A stretch of 64,000 nucleotides of DNA from Squalus acanthias (Eukaryota). Each line of letters begins with the position of its first letter. The stretch's first letter is position 1. The position numbers and the translations under genes are program-made. The notes beneath the pieces are model-generated. The model was given only the letters and a program-made list of their open reading frames with translations. It made no database searches and was not told where the DNA came from. Shown one piece after another: positions 25,015 to 38,372 of the stretch. The DNA lies in NCBI GenBank assembly GCA_030390025.1, contig CM059430.1:61256001-61320000 (forward strand), read 5' to 3'.

Positions 25015-27545
25015 GGAAGTTTCTCCTCTCCTCTGCGGGAGAAGCTGACGTGTAGGGATAAGATTCCACAGGCCCCGGCTACCAGCCATAACCTTATCGA
25101 AGTGGTCATTCTTCAGGACTGAATGTAGATGGTGAATATCAAAAAGCATCTCCATCGTGGGTAGCATCATGGCTAATTCTGATCCTGTTCTCACCCAAAT
25201 ATTTTGGCAGAATGAAAAATTTATTGCTGTGCTGGGTAGTTTGAGACATGTTTGTGTTGCAACTAAGCTAAACCGTGTGATTATTTCCTGGGTTGTTGTT
25301 TGAATTTGGTGGCACGAGAGATTGTGCAATTGAAGTTGATAGCATGAGAGATTGTGCAACTGAACAATTGTAGGTCAGGAGACGAAGTTGCTGTTTCCTG
25401 CCACTCAGAACCATAGTCTAAGAGGCGTAAATTCAATAAAGCCTATTTCTAACCTAGAAGGGTGTACAACACTATTTTGTCATTATTTTAATGGCGACAC
25501 TTGTTACATCCTGGGTTAATTTGTGTGTAAAGTGAATATGATTGTATGCTTCAAGATTAACATTCTACCTTGTATCATTGGAGTATATACTAGAAGTAGC
25601 TGTATACTCCTGACCTCTCTGATGAGCTGAAAAACACCATAGCATCAGATCATATATTTCAGGCTGAAATAGGAGTTCTGTTTGTTTTGAGATCCAATTT
25701 CATACAGAAGGAAAATAAACCACCAGATCAAGAGCAAAAGGGGTACTGAACTTTCACCCATACTCAGGACCATTTTCTGAAGCTAAAATAACAGTTTCTC
25801 AATTCTTGAGTCTGCAAATTGAGCCTTTGATATTCTATGTCGAATATACCTTTGTCCTCGGAGAGTGGGATCTCACCGCTATGATGTGAAAATACAGGAG
25901 AACTGAGTGAACTCAAGAGTCCAGGACTGCTCTCCCCAGCTATACCTCAGTTCCTTTGAAATACAGGCAGGTTCTTTGAAGAATAACCCCACCCCTGACA
26001 AAGCAAATTACAGGTGTGTCACAGGTGTTCTCTGCAGACAACTACCACCTTCCGAGCACTGATGGTCAACTATTACAGATGACGTTTCTGTCTCCTTCTC
26101 TGCAAACTTGAGTTCATTCTCTGAGGTGTTGGTCAATCAATTTTGATGTGATGGAGGCTGTCTGTAGACATTGGCTTGGATTTTGTGTAAAGAATAATGG
26201 TGAGGCTAACAGTGCTCACCATTGTTGTGGAGTAAATCGGATAGCAACTTCTGGAGTCCACAAATGCGCAGTTAAACGCAGAAATCCGGAAGTTGCTGCC
26301 CTGCCCCTCCACGAACATCGCTACACCAGTACCTCGCCAATAGACTGCATTGAAATCCATGTAAGGGTGTGACGTTTCTGTACTTGCCCACTGAACATGC
26401 CAGTTAGGGCTTGTGCATTCAGGTATAAGTGAATTTTTAATGGTGTGATAATCTTAAATACTGGCAAACAACCTATCTGGCACTGAAAATTAAATTTTAC
26501 AAGTGTGGCATCTCATTCCTTCAGAACTTAATTATAATTGGAGATTTAAAAAAATTAAAATGATTTTTTTTTTAACTTTCCCTTTCTGTCTCTTATCTTT
26601 CTTAATCCCATCCGTCTTTACATCACTTTATTTTGCTTTCTGTATAGAATTGTACAATGAATATGCTAATTTATGCTTCCTGCTATAGACTCTGCTTGTC
26701 TCAGTGAGGATTCGTCAATCTGATTGGTTGAGGAGCCACGCTGTTGCTTGACCCGCTCACACACACCACAGGCCCCTGTAGAGGGCGCTGCACTGGATCA
26801 GACTCCTGCTGACAGCAAATTGCCACTCAAAAGCCTGTGAAAATTCCGTGGGTAGCTGCAAGTGTAGTGAACGGCGTGTGCCGTTCCTTCACCGCTGACC
26901 GCTAAATCTGGGCCATAAATGTAAACAAAGGTGGGCTGCGCTCTTTGAACCTTGAATGTTGAGACAACAGCTGTGGATTAGTTACACTCAGGCTCTCACT
27001 TCAAGACAAACAGCAATTCTTCCAGAAACATCAGACACCGCTGCATTTGAAAACCAATCAATTGGTCAAGTAACAGGTTGACATAAACAGATTCATAACA
27101 GAAAAGTACTTTATATAAGAATAGATACCACTACCCCTTTCAGCACTGTGAACAACTCCATTCAAGTGGTGCACAAAGTAACATCATACAAACCTGTAAA
27201 ATTCTGAAATTAGTTTCTGGGGTCTAAACACAGTCAGCGGCAGTATCCTCTGCCAATGTTCTCTCCTCTCCTTCAGGAGTTGACATATCCAGGGGGAAGT
27301 TCCCACAGGCACCGGCCATCTTCCACTACCTTTGCTAGGTGGTCACTATTTAAGGCTTAATATAGATGGTGCATATCATCAAACTATTGGATTGTGGAGG
27401 AAATAGCCATTCTAATCTTGTTCTCACCTGAGTTTTTATTTGGCAGAATGAATAATTTCCTGTTGTGACGAATATTTTGAAACATATCTTACATTAGAAC
27501 TAAACTGTGTATCTGTTTCTTGTGTAATTGTCTGAAGTTGGTAAA
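25015..27545 (+). repeat. Old diverged direct repeat, ~25015-25310 and ~27255-27545
   Basis: Colinear shared blocks (ccacaggc, gtggtca, tagatggtg, tgttctcacc, tttggcagaatgaa). Confidence 0.6.
26131..26914. mobile_element. Old MITE-like element
   Basis: Right end gctaaatctgggcc resembles the TIRs of families B/C. GC-rich ends, AT-rich core. Left end uncertain. Confidence 0.4.
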
Positions 27546-27704
27546 ATGATAGTGTCACATCCAAGTCCAAGGTCACTGAGGTCAATTATAGCACCTACTC
27601 TGGTTGAGATAAGTTAACTCAAGAGTTTAACTTGGGACCTTTTTGTTCCATGTGGCTCAGTTTTAATGGATAGTTACCAACTGAACCATGGGAGAAGTGA
27701 GTGA

Positions 27705-27977
27705 ATGAATTCTAAGCTGGTATCAGTAGAAGTGACCATGAAGCTGTTAGACTATCCTTATCTAGTCTGGCCTATATATGACTCCAGTCCTACACCATCG
27801 CGGTTGACTCTTAATTGCTCTCTTACGTGGCCTAGCAAGCCATTTTGTTGTATCAAACTGCTACAGAGAATTCCAGTGGTTCAAGAAGACAGACCATCAC
27901 TTTCCCAGGGCAACTAGGGATGTGCAATAAATGCCAGTCTTGCTAGCAAAGCCCACATCTCGAGAATGAATAAAAAA
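27705..27977 (+). mobile_element. CR1-clade LINE tail fragment
   Basis: gggcaactagggatgtgcaataaatgcc...gcccacatctcgagaatgaataaaaaa. Confidence 0.65.
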
Positions 27978-28057
27978 TTGCATGGCAGTTCCTCCTCATC
28001 ACTAGATTTTATATTACTGTGTAAGTTCCCATTAATGGTCAACACCATAAACCTTAT

Positions 28058-28776
28058 GGGGGAGAAATTCCCCTAGAGGGCCATTTGGGGCGCTAAGTCA
28101 AAAATGTTTGAAAAGTTAGCGCCAGCCGCTAACCTTTTCAAATATTTGAGAAATTCCCATTTTTTGCTCCAAGCGGGAAGTGAGCGCTAAATCAAGCTTT
28201 CCACCTGCCTCTTGGAGTGCAAGAGGCGGGGAATGTCCCGATCCAGGGCAATGTGCTCAGCAGCGCAACAAGTGGCCAAGCGTGGCACTGCCGCGTTGCA
28301 GGGGCTCTTCCCTCAATTAAAGGGAAGGTCTCCCCGCTGCGAGCTCTGCATTTTTTTTGGCATCTGCTGGAGCACCAGGGTGCGGGAGTGCCGGGCTGAC
28401 CGATCGCGGCACTCAGCCCGCGTCCGGTGCTCGGAATTTTTTTTTAAATCGGCGATTTTTTTCATGTCGGCCGGCCACCGCGCCTTTAAATGGCTCCCCC
28501 GGGAGCGGCCGGCCTCACTGTTTGCGACCCCTGCAGCAGTCGGTAACATCGCCCGGTGCTGCTGCGGGGCGCGAGGGGGAATATTTCTCCTGAGGCGCTA
28601 CCAGTGCGCTGCGCCCAGAGATGACATCATGATCTCTGGGTGCAGAAGATCGGGGTGATACCCAGTAGCGCCGCTGCTAACGCAGAATATTGTGGGAGGC
28701 CTAGCGCCTCGGGGGGGTGGGGGGCAGCCATTTGTGCCCCGTTAGCGCCTCCCACCGAGATGGGAATTTCGTCCCC
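28058..28776. mobile_element. Harbinger-type MITE related to family A
   Basis: TIRs gggggagaaattccc / gggaatttcgtcccc, flanks TAT/TTT, gcgcta motifs, and the tgacatcatgatct motif shared with family A. Confidence 0.75.
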
Positions 28777-30073
28777 TTTCACTTTAACTGTTTTTTTTGG
28801 GTAATGAAAGGGTTAAATGTTAAGATATACTACCCTTACTGTTTAAACTGAAATTAAACTGAAATTTACCAAAAGGAGGAAGCAGCTGCAGTTTCTACTT
28901 CAATATATGTGGTTTGTATTATACTCCAGGGGCCTTCTCGCTGTTCATACCTATTGTTTGGAGATAATTATCTCAGGGTAAGAAAGGAAATGATTTTGTG
29001 GCTACTCAGCTTTGAGCAGATGGTCAACTATTTAGGTCACTGTGTTGCAACATAGTGCAAAATATTGCATGCTCAATGGCCTTTGCTAATATCTCCATGG
29101 CTCAATATATATGCAGCAACACAGTTGAGTCAACCTAAAGCAAGGATGTCCAACCTTTTGGAGATTGGGCCCAAATTGTCCTGTCAAATGTGAATAAAGT
29201 AAGCCCCGATCACACAGAAAATTCAAATCCCTATACACAAAAATCGCAAGACCACATACATGAAAATCAGGAGCTCCATCACACAAAAAGTCAGACTCCT
29301 GACTCAAACGAGAAACCGTCCTGCAAAGAAGCCCTAACACAAAAATTCCAAGCCCCAAATACAAAATATTCAAGCCCTCCTCAGTTCCTATCAGCCTCAC
29401 CCTCATCTTTTCCCCCTATCCTGCCCCTCCATTGATACCTTAAAATTGGGAAGATTCAGTGACATGGAATTTCCACCATGGGTGCAACCCAGAAGTTTGA
29501 CCTGGATATGCGCCCATTCCTGTGCCCATACAGCTGATGTCAAGTTATGTTCAAATTCCCTGCCAATCTCATTAGAAGTTCCCCAAACATAAAAATGGAC
29601 ATAAATCAGTGTGAACAATTGAGGCCCAAGGAAAGCACTAAACTCACTATTCCTTCTTCAAGTATGCACATTAGGCACCACATATTTAAGAACCTGCAAT
29701 CGGGGAGCTGATCAATTTTTAATGTGACTTCTACTTATGACATAAAAATGCACTGAAGAAACAGAAAATACATTGCAGGTCTCAGTGAGGATAAATAAAA
29801 AAAAAAAAATTGCAATAAAACACCAAAAAAATGACTTTATTTCCTGCTGCACCTGAAATCTAGTTATAATTTCACGAGAGTCTCTAAGCAAGCACAATTG
29901 CAGGAAACTCATATATAAGGCTTTTGTAACTTGGGGACACAGCCAGTTTTATGGACGGGGATACGTTCGGGCGGAGGGATTGATAGGTGATCGTAAAATT
30001 TTGAGGAGAGTTGGGTGTACTGTAGTTACGCACGTAACTCACAAGTCCAAAGTGATCTTTAAAGTCATATAAT

Positions 30074-30785
30074 GGCCCTGAATTTGCGGTCGGTGGCGTA
30101 CCTCCGAAGTACACCTCTGACCAACGAAACATCTATGAACTTACCTTCTGGCTTCAAAGCTACAGAGAGTTCTGGTCCTTCCCCTCCAGGCGTACGCCTG
30201 CATAAAGGCCCATGGATCCCAGGGACACAGGCGGTTCAGAAGCGTCCCTGGGATGATGTAGGCCAGGTCCTCCAATGAGAAAGGAGGATTCCATTTCCGA
30301 ACGGAATCCCCTATAAACCCTATTGGAATCTCCAAATAATTAAACAAGTTAGACAACTCTAATAAATATAAATGTTCTGATTTTCAAATTTAATTAAAAG
30401 TCCCTTCATTACAGCAAATACAATAAAATTGTAATTTTTTGAAAAATAATTTTAAGCATTTTAATCTGGGTCAATATTTGCATAAACTAATTTTAAGTGT
30501 TTGTGCATCATTTTTTATTTTTAATACGCCTGGTTTTACCAGCTGTAAGAGTTTTGTGGGCAATCGCTGGGCAGTAGTTTGGCAAATAGCCCAAGTCTGC
30601 ACCAGTGAAAGTGATTTTCCAGTCGGTTCGGATGATGTGTCAAGGCGTACTTTGACAGATCGCAAGTTCCGGGTTTTCACACATGTGCAGCACATTCGGA
30701 AACCCGGAACTTGCGGGGCTTTTCAGTAGGCTTACAACAGCATATTCTGAGCATACGCCGTCGAAGACACCATAAATTCTGGCCC
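30074..30785. mobile_element. Harbinger-type MITE, family B
   Basis: TIRs ggccctgaattt / aaattctggccc, TSD AAT. Inverted homolog at 50581-51282. Confidence 0.8.
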
Positions 30786-31452
30786 AATTGGTCTGCGACC
30801 AGGTTACACGGGTCTCTGAGCGCAAATATGGAGGAAATTCAAGACCCACCTCTTTAAAATTCCTGGGCTGGTGCACTGATTGGTGCAAGAAGGCTGCTTC
30901 ATGATTGGTCTTAATCCACCAATGAGGGAGCAAACTTATCTTGTCTCCAGGCCAGGAAATTTAAATGGCTGCACCTGACCCATTCATCTGGCTCACCCTT
31001 CCCGTGTTAAGCACACAAAGCCGACTTCAGCTACAGTTCATTTCAGTTCACAAAGAAATCAAATTTATGCATTTAGTACAGGAAGTGGGAGCCCAATGAA
31101 AGTAGCTTGTGGCCTAAAGTTGGCTGGCTGGTTGCCTATCGAACACTGCTGACTTAAAGGCCAGAATTTTCCTTATCGAGTCGGGCCGGGTGTGTGCAGG
31201 CCGCATGGCGGGTTGGAACTGCGTTGTATTGATCAGCCCGCTCCTCAGAGTGACTTTCAGTTAATGGCTCCTATTACGGCAGACATGCGCGTTTCCCGGC
31301 CCTATTAAATGGTGCGGGTCTGATGATGTCATTGATGACTCATTTCCAGTGGGAATATTTAAAGCAGCCTTGGCCACATTGCATCTGAAGATTCGTGTAG
31401 GAGTGTGCAGCGAGGATATTGCCGGATCTTCTTCTTGCTCAGACTTCAAAAC

Positions 31453-33357
31453 ATGACTTCCCAAAGACAGAGGGCTGCACCTCGCTTTTCCGATGACTCC
31501 CTACATATTCTTGTGGAGGGAGTCAGAACACGCAAGGAGGTCCTCTTCCCTGCTGATGGGCGGAAGAGACCTCCCCAAGACACAAAAAGAGCCTGGCTCC
31601 AAATTGCTGAGGAGGTCAACAGCAGGGATGTGGTAAGGCGGACCTGGGCGCAGTGCCGGAAGCGCTTCAATGATCTGATGAGATCAGGAAAGGTGAGTGC
31701 AAAGCCACACTCACCTTCATCCTGCTGTGCCTGTCACCACATCCCCATCACTCTGCCTTCTCAAGCCTACTCCTGCACATCATTCCTCACACCAACATAC
31801 CTTACAGCTCCACCCATCCCTCTCTATGTACATACTCACATACCCCTCTGACTAACCACCCCTCACACTCACCCTCATCCTAATGCAATCATACCAAGTA
31901 ACACCACACAAGGAGGCCATTTGGCATTGTCACTTTGGCATTGGCACCACACTCCCTCATAGTCACTCTCTACAGATGTAACCCACACATTCCATACAGT
32001 CATGCCATCAGTCTCACGCAAACTTCTCTTTTTTCCCTCCTTGCAGGAGAAACGAGCGCACAACAAGAGAAGAATAGAACCGGAGGTTGCCCTCCATCCT
32101 TTATCACTTTAACTCCAGCAGAGAAGGTCGCCTTGGAGGTGTCAAGAGTTGCGGAGCTGCTGGCGGTGGGAGACGGAGAGAGGGGGACCTCTCAGCAACT
32201 TGGTGACAGAGTTACATCTCATACAGCCACATGGCATACAGCAGTCACTCATCTGGTGACTGATGTCAGCAGCCAGTGAATGTTCATCATGTGCATAATG
32301 GCATCGTTACCCATTCTTGATATAACATTTCGAAATCATCTCTTTACTCTGCCACAGGTCCATAAAGAGCCCCCACCCCACTGTCCAGCCGGAGGAGGAA
32401 GACGACTCTTCAGAGGAGCCTCCAGCCTCTAAGGGAGCATCGTCACCAGGTCTAAGCGCACCCAGCACCAGCACAGGTACGCACACCTCGGTGGGTCCTA
32501 TGCGAGATAGAGTAATGTTGTCACCTGCTGTTGTCACCAGTCACAAGAGAGCAAGAGCAGATGGTGGAGACAGGGACAGCAGTGGAGACTCCTCGCTGGA
32601 GGGTGCAGGATGCTCCCAGCTCTGATCAGCTGCATGCAGATGCTGAGCCTCGGGGGGTGGGGGGTGGGGGTGGTGGGGCCATCGAGAAAGTGGGTGATCC
32701 TGGAGGTGCAGGAAGAAGTGCAGGAGGCTCTGACAGGTTTAGTGAGCGCGATGTCTGCAAATGTGCAAAGAAGGGAGGAGTCCATCTCCAACATGAGCAC
32801 CACCATATCGCAGGCGATGAGGACGGTATGCTCTTCCATGGAAAGGATGGCCACCTGCATGGAGCAGCTAATACGCCACTTGCATGAACACCTGCTATCT
32901 CTGGACAACAGATGGCAAAGGTTCATAGACCTCCTCTCTAGGAGGGATGTAAACGTAGACCTGGGTCCTCATGGCCCCACTGCTGTGCAGCAAGGTGCTC
33001 TCCAGCTCCTTGCTAGCATGGAAGTGCAGGTGGCCCATGAGAGGGATGATGATGAGAGGGGACATGGAAGTGGGGGCTCCTCTCAAAGCACTCACACTTC
33101 TCCCCCATTGCCCCCCCCCTCCTCAGTCAGAGCCCCAGATGCCTCCTGGGATCACGATGGCCGAGTCTGTCCCTACACGGTCGCAGGAGCAGCAGACTTT
33201 GGCGGGGCCATCACAGGCTCCAAGACCCAGAGGACATCCACCAAAAGTGACTACGCAGTCGCAGCAGGGAAGTGAGCAGGCTGCCTCTACCTCTGCTGAA
33301 GCCTCAGAGTTTGTACCTCGTAGAAGCACACATAAACAAAAAATGACACAGAAGTAG
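31453..33357 (+). pseudogene. Harbinger Myb/SANT-like DNA-binding gene, 3 exons (31453-31692, 32047-32202, 32358-33357)
   Basis: RAAPRFSDDSLHILVEGV...AWLQIAEEVNS...RTWAQCRKRFNDL. GT-AG sites are conserved with the other two copies. 4-nt deletion in exon 2, stop and frameshifts in exon 3. Confidence 0.88.
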
Positions 33358-33655
33358 ATGCACAAGGGTAAGCACATGGTAAGCACAAGAAGTGTTATTG
33401 TTACGGTTCCGTTACTGTTATGACACATATAAAACTATTTAATTTCACCACTTTCTGTTCATGCCCATTTTTGTCTGCTACTTTGGAAGTGGCTTAGTGA
33501 GTTGGAGTGAATGGTGAGACATAACGTTACCTCCAGCAATGGGGGTCAGTGTGAAAGGAATGGCTTGATCATTGTAGGGATGCTTTAAGGTGTTGTTGAG
33601 GGGAGAGGGGAACCTGGCACAGCATGTGGCAGCCATATGGGTGTAATGCAGGAAG

Positions 33656-34875
33656 TTAAGTAAATCTAGCCATGATGAGGCCATCCCTGGCCTCCCCGGC
33701 AGCAATGTGCTCCGGTGCTGCTGGACTCTGGACCGCAGGTTCCTCCTGCTCCTCCTCCTCATCTTCCAGCTGATGCTCCTCCTCCTCCTCTGAAGAGGAT
33801 GTGAGCTCTGTGCCTTGCTCCTCATGCAGCGCTAATCCTCGCTGCTGCGCTATGTTGTACAGCGCGCAGCAGAGAACGACGATTCTAGAGACCCTGGCTG
33901 GTGCATCCTGAAGGGCTCCTCCAGATCTGTCAAGGCATTTGAAGTACATCTTCAGCATGTCTATTGTTTGCTCTATGGCACCTCTGGTGGACATGCAGTT
34001 TTCATTATAGCACTCCTGAGCCTCATTGCTTGGCCTCCTCAAGGGTGTCATGAGCCATGTCTTCAGTGGATAGCCCTGGTCTCCAATCAGCCAGCTGGTA
34101 AGTGTGTTTGGCGGCGCAAAGAGCTGAGGGAGGGTGGACTGGCGCATGACAGCTGCCAGGGAATTTGGCGCACACATGCATGATGATCTTTTTATGGTTG
34201 CAGATGAGCTGTACATTGAGGGAGTAGAAGCCCTTGCGGTTCACAAACACTCCTGGGTTATGATGGGGTGCCCTGATGGCCACATGTGTGCAGTCCATGA
34301 CGCCCTGCACCCATGGGAAGATAGCCAGAGCGGCAAAGCCGAGCGCTTGCTCAGTAACACTGGCTTCATCAGTGGCAAAGTTCACATAATTGGCTGACTT
34401 GTCAAACATGGCATCAGTGACCTGTGTGATGCATCTGTGGGCAGCCAACTGCGAGATGCTGCAAATGTCTGCTGCAGATCCCTGGAACGAGCTTGACGCG
34501 AAGAAGTTGAGGGTGATGGTGACTTTGACAACTACTGCTAAGGCGTGTCCACCCTCTCCTCTGGGTTACAGGTCTTGTTCCAGCGAGCTGCAAATGTCAG
34601 CGACGACCTGGCGATATAGCCTGAGCCTCCTTTGGCACTGCTGCTCAGTCATGTTGAGGAAGCTCATCCTCTGCCTGTATACCCTGTGTTGGGGGTATTG
34701 CCTCCGGCGCAGTACAGCCCTGCGTTGATGCCCTCTGTCCTGTGGAGCATCAGGTTGTTGAGGAGAAGGTTGGTGTTGTTGCTGCTGCTGCTGGTGTGCC
34801 TGCTGCTGCTGGTGTTGGGGCTCATCGTGGTCCGATTCTGAGGACCAAGGTGAGACAGTATAAACGGCCTCTGTC
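33656..34875 (-). pseudogene. HARBI1-like DDE transposase, frameshifted
   Basis: [41 protein letters not shown] and TRGAIEQTI are spread over ORFs 34566-34961, 34023-34448 and 33656-34216. Confidence 0.92.
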
Positions 34876-35221
34876 GTTCGGGTCGGTGGTGGGCTGGCAA
34901 ATGCACCCGAGTTAAAGGCGTGAGGAGGTGGGATGACGGCGCTTTCCTGATGCGCTCCCATTTTCTGCGACTTTTACTACCGACCCGCCTCCAAACCCAC
35001 ATGCACGGCAGCGGGAACATTCCGGCCAAAGGATCAGTGAACTTATATGCTGTATAATGCCTAATTAAGTTAAAGTGATATGTTTGAATACTTATGTTCC
35101 TTCACAGGGATTAATTCAAAAGACAAAATTGCGTCCCTGTAAAGAACTGAGCGCAAAGTTCTGTTGGGTGCCGTGAAGTACTTCTTGAGCGCACGCATGC
35201 ACTGTTGCCTTGATTTAGCCA

Positions 35222-35890
35222 AATCATAGAATCTTACAGCACAGAAGGAGGCCATTTGGCCGATCGTGCCTGTGCTGGCTCTTTGAAAGAGTTGTTGAAT
35301 TTAATCCCACACCCCAGTTTATTCCCCATAATCCTGCAAATTAGTCTTCGGCAAGTACATGTCCAATTGCCTTTTGAAAGTTCCCATGGAATCTGCTTCC
35401 ACCATACTTACAGGTAGTGCATTCCAGATCTTAACAACGCTCTGTGTGAAAACAATTCTCCTAATTTGCCAATTATTTTAAATCTATGACCTCTGCTTAC
35501 AAACCCACTTGCCAGAGGAAACAGTTTCTGCCTAACCTGCTCTAGCAAGACCCCTCATAATGTTAAATATCTCTAATAGGTCTTACCTTAAACTTCTCTG
35601 CTTTAAAGAGAACAATCCAGCTTCTCTAAGCTCTCCAAATAACTGAAGTTCCTCATCCCTGGTATCATCCTGGTAAACCTCCTCTGTACCCTCTCCAAAG
35701 CTTTGACATCCTTCCTAATGTGTGGTGCCCATACTCCAGCTGAGCCATAGCCAGTGATTTGTAAAGGTCTAGTATGACTTCTTTGTTTTTGTATTAAATG
35801 CCCCTATTTATAAAGTCAAGTATCCCATACACTTTCTTAACTGCCTTATCAACTTGCCCTGCCGCATTGAAAGATTTGTGAATATTCACC
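35222..35890 (-). mobile_element. Old CR1 3' fragment
   Basis: Tail catagaatcttacagcacagaagg and degenerate ORF2 C-terminus. Confidence 0.8.
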
Positions 35891-36231
35891 CCTTGTGCAT
35901 ATGTGCTCCCCTCCCCCAAATAAACCAGGCAATTGGGTAACAATGGAAACTGAACCAATCACAGCACTGCTCCCACTGGCCATTGATGATGTCTTTCTGG
36001 TGTTTTTTTTTAATGGTGTTGAACTGCTGGATAAAAGGTAGCCTGAGAGCAGACAATATGAGCAATGTTTGTAGTTTCGATGCTGGCAGCACATATCAGG
36101 AACTTGCAGGCATGCTGCCCATTTGGATGGAAAATTGTGAGCAGAGTGGCCACGACTTCTCAATATATGTTACTGGCAAATGAGGCTCCCCGTCAGCAAG
36201 CAAACTCAAATACTTAACTCAAAAGTAGAGG

Positions 36232-36585
36232 TCCCCACTCATAAAACTGGTTCTAATGTATATAAATCTCCCCATTCAGAAAATCAATCGTATTGTGTAT
36301 AGTGCTCCGCACCTCACAGAATTGCTTCTAATATATAAAGCTCCTCCATTCAGAAATTCAATCCAAAGGTGTGTAGCGATTCCCCCATTCAGAAAGTCAG
36401 TCCTAAAGTGTATAGAGTTCCCTCACTCACAGAATTGGTTTTAATGTGGATAGTGCTCCCTATTCAGAAAATCAGTCCTAATGTGTGTAGCGATTCGCCC
36501 ATTCAGAAAATCAGTCCTAATGTGTGTAGCGATTCGCCCATTCAGAAAATCAGTCCTAATCAGAGCTTTCCCACTCAGAATCCTT
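36232..36585 (+). repeat. 39-nt minisatellite, about 9 copies
   Basis: Unit cccattcagaaaatcagtcctaatgtgtgtagcgattcg, near-perfect at 36459-36560 and degenerate to the left. Confidence 0.9.
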
Positions 36586-38372
36586 GAATCAATCCTAAAA
36601 TCATGTACCTATCATCACCTCCATCTATGGTCTGCCTGATGACACTTGGGGTTGACTGCATCTCATGGCATCCAAGGAGCATTCTTACTTTTTACATTTA
36701 TCTTAACATAGAGGGCAGCCCATAAGATAGCAAGATGTGTTGACTATAGCTGTGAGGCCTACAACCTCTACCCTCTCATCCCTATGTGGAGAAAGCTTTG
36801 AAACTCCTGGCAACCATCCTTGTGACTTACCCATCAAACGAAGTTAGAAATGGGGAACCAGGAGGACAGGTGCAAGCAGCAGCTTTATGACATTCTGTGC
36901 ATCTTCCTTCTGATGCTATGGTATCATATGTCACCTGTCAGCAAACTAGATCATGAAATGCTCATATCTCTGCTTCTACTGAAAGACACCTTTGAACTCT
37001 GCTCCTTAATAACTCATTCTCACTTCTCTTCTCTTCCTCGTCTAGATGTAACACAGCAAGAAGAGACAGAAGATGATGATATCCACAGCCTTACTTCTTC
37101 TGGCCCTGCTAGCACTTCATTGCACTCATTGTCTCCATACAAAGCACCAGCCCAGAGACATCCACCCAAGGGCATTAGAGAATGATTCTGAGGGCGATGC
37201 CCAGAGAACATAAGAACATAAGAAACAGGAGCAGGAGTAGGCCAGTCGGCTCCTCGAGCCTGCTCCGCCATTCAATAAGATCATGGCTGATCCAATCTTG
37301 TCCTCAACACCACTTTCCTGCTTTCTCCCCATACCCCTTGACTCCCTTGTAGTTCAAATGTCTGTCAATCTCTGCCTTGAATATATTCAATGACTCAACC
37401 TCCACAGCTCTCTGGGGTAGAGAATTCTAAAGATTCACAACCCCCTGAGAGAAGAAATTCCTCCTCATCTCCATCTTAAATGGGAGACCCCTTATTCAGA
37501 AACTATGCCCCCTAGTTCTAGATACCCCCACTAGGGGAAACATCCTCTCAGCATCCACCCTGTCAATCCCCCTCAGAATCTTATATGTTTCAATAAAATC
37601 ACCTCTCATTCTTCTAAACTCCAATGAGTATAGGCCCAACCTGCTCAACCTTTCGTCATATGTCAACCCCTTCATCCCAGGAATCAACCTAGTGAACCTT
37701 CTCTGCACTGCCTCCAATGCAAGTATATCCTTCCTTAAATATGGAGACCAAAGCTGTACGCAGTACTCCAGGTGCGGTCTCACCAACGCCCTGTACAGTT
37801 GCAACAGGACTTCCCTACTTTTATACTCCATTCCCTTTGCAATAAAGGCCAACATTCCATTAGCCTTCCTAATTACTTGCTGTACCTGCATGCTAAGTTT
37901 TTGTGTTTCATGTACTAGGACCCCCAGATCCCTTTGTACCGCAGCATTTTGTAGTCTCACTCCATTTAAATAATAATTTGCTTTTTCATTCTTCCTTCCA
38001 AAGTGGTAACCTCACATTTTCCCACATTATACTCCATCTGCCAAATTTTTGCCCAATCACTTAACCTATCTATATCCCTTTGCAGACTCTTTGGGCTCGA
38101 TTTTGCCAGTGTGGGCGGGCTGGGGCGTGTCAGGTGGCATTCGTGTCAGGACCCCGACTCTGATGTGAAGTGGGGAAAAAGTGCGATTTTCCCCTAATTG
38201 GACACTTGATTTCCAGCGTGTGGGAACCCCTGGCCCAATGTGTCTTTTCATCCAGAAAGTCGCCTCCGATGACGTCATCAATGCTGCTGGATTTAAGGCC
38301 TGCAAGCAGCCTTGCCTCTTCTGGAGACTGCAAACTTTATGGTGATTGTAGTAAGGACTTCATTGATTGACT

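Larger units (their letters stand above)
31159..35027. mobile_element. PIF/Harbinger transposon with two convergent genes, decayed
   Basis: TIRs ggccagaattttc / gaacattccggcc, TSD AAA. Myb/SANT gene on + and DDE nuclease on -. Confidence 0.93.

Noticed and set aside
29139-29400. hAT-like end (caaggatgtccaacctttt) followed by ~22-nt degenerate repeats and an 81-aa ORF
   Set aside because: No partner TIR or 8-bp TSD found. The ORF is a by-product of the repeats.
29712-29912. Hydrophobic ORF resembling a TM exon
   Set aside because: Hydrophobicity comes from a poly(T) run. No convincing donor or homology.
33656-34875. Domesticated host HARBI1 or MSANTD gene
   Set aside because: Frameshifted and enclosed by TIRs and a TSD, so it is a transposon copy. 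No host gene symbol assigned.
36232-36585. CRISPR-like periodicity
   Set aside because: Units are contiguous with no unique spacers, the context is eukaryotic, and there are no cas genes.
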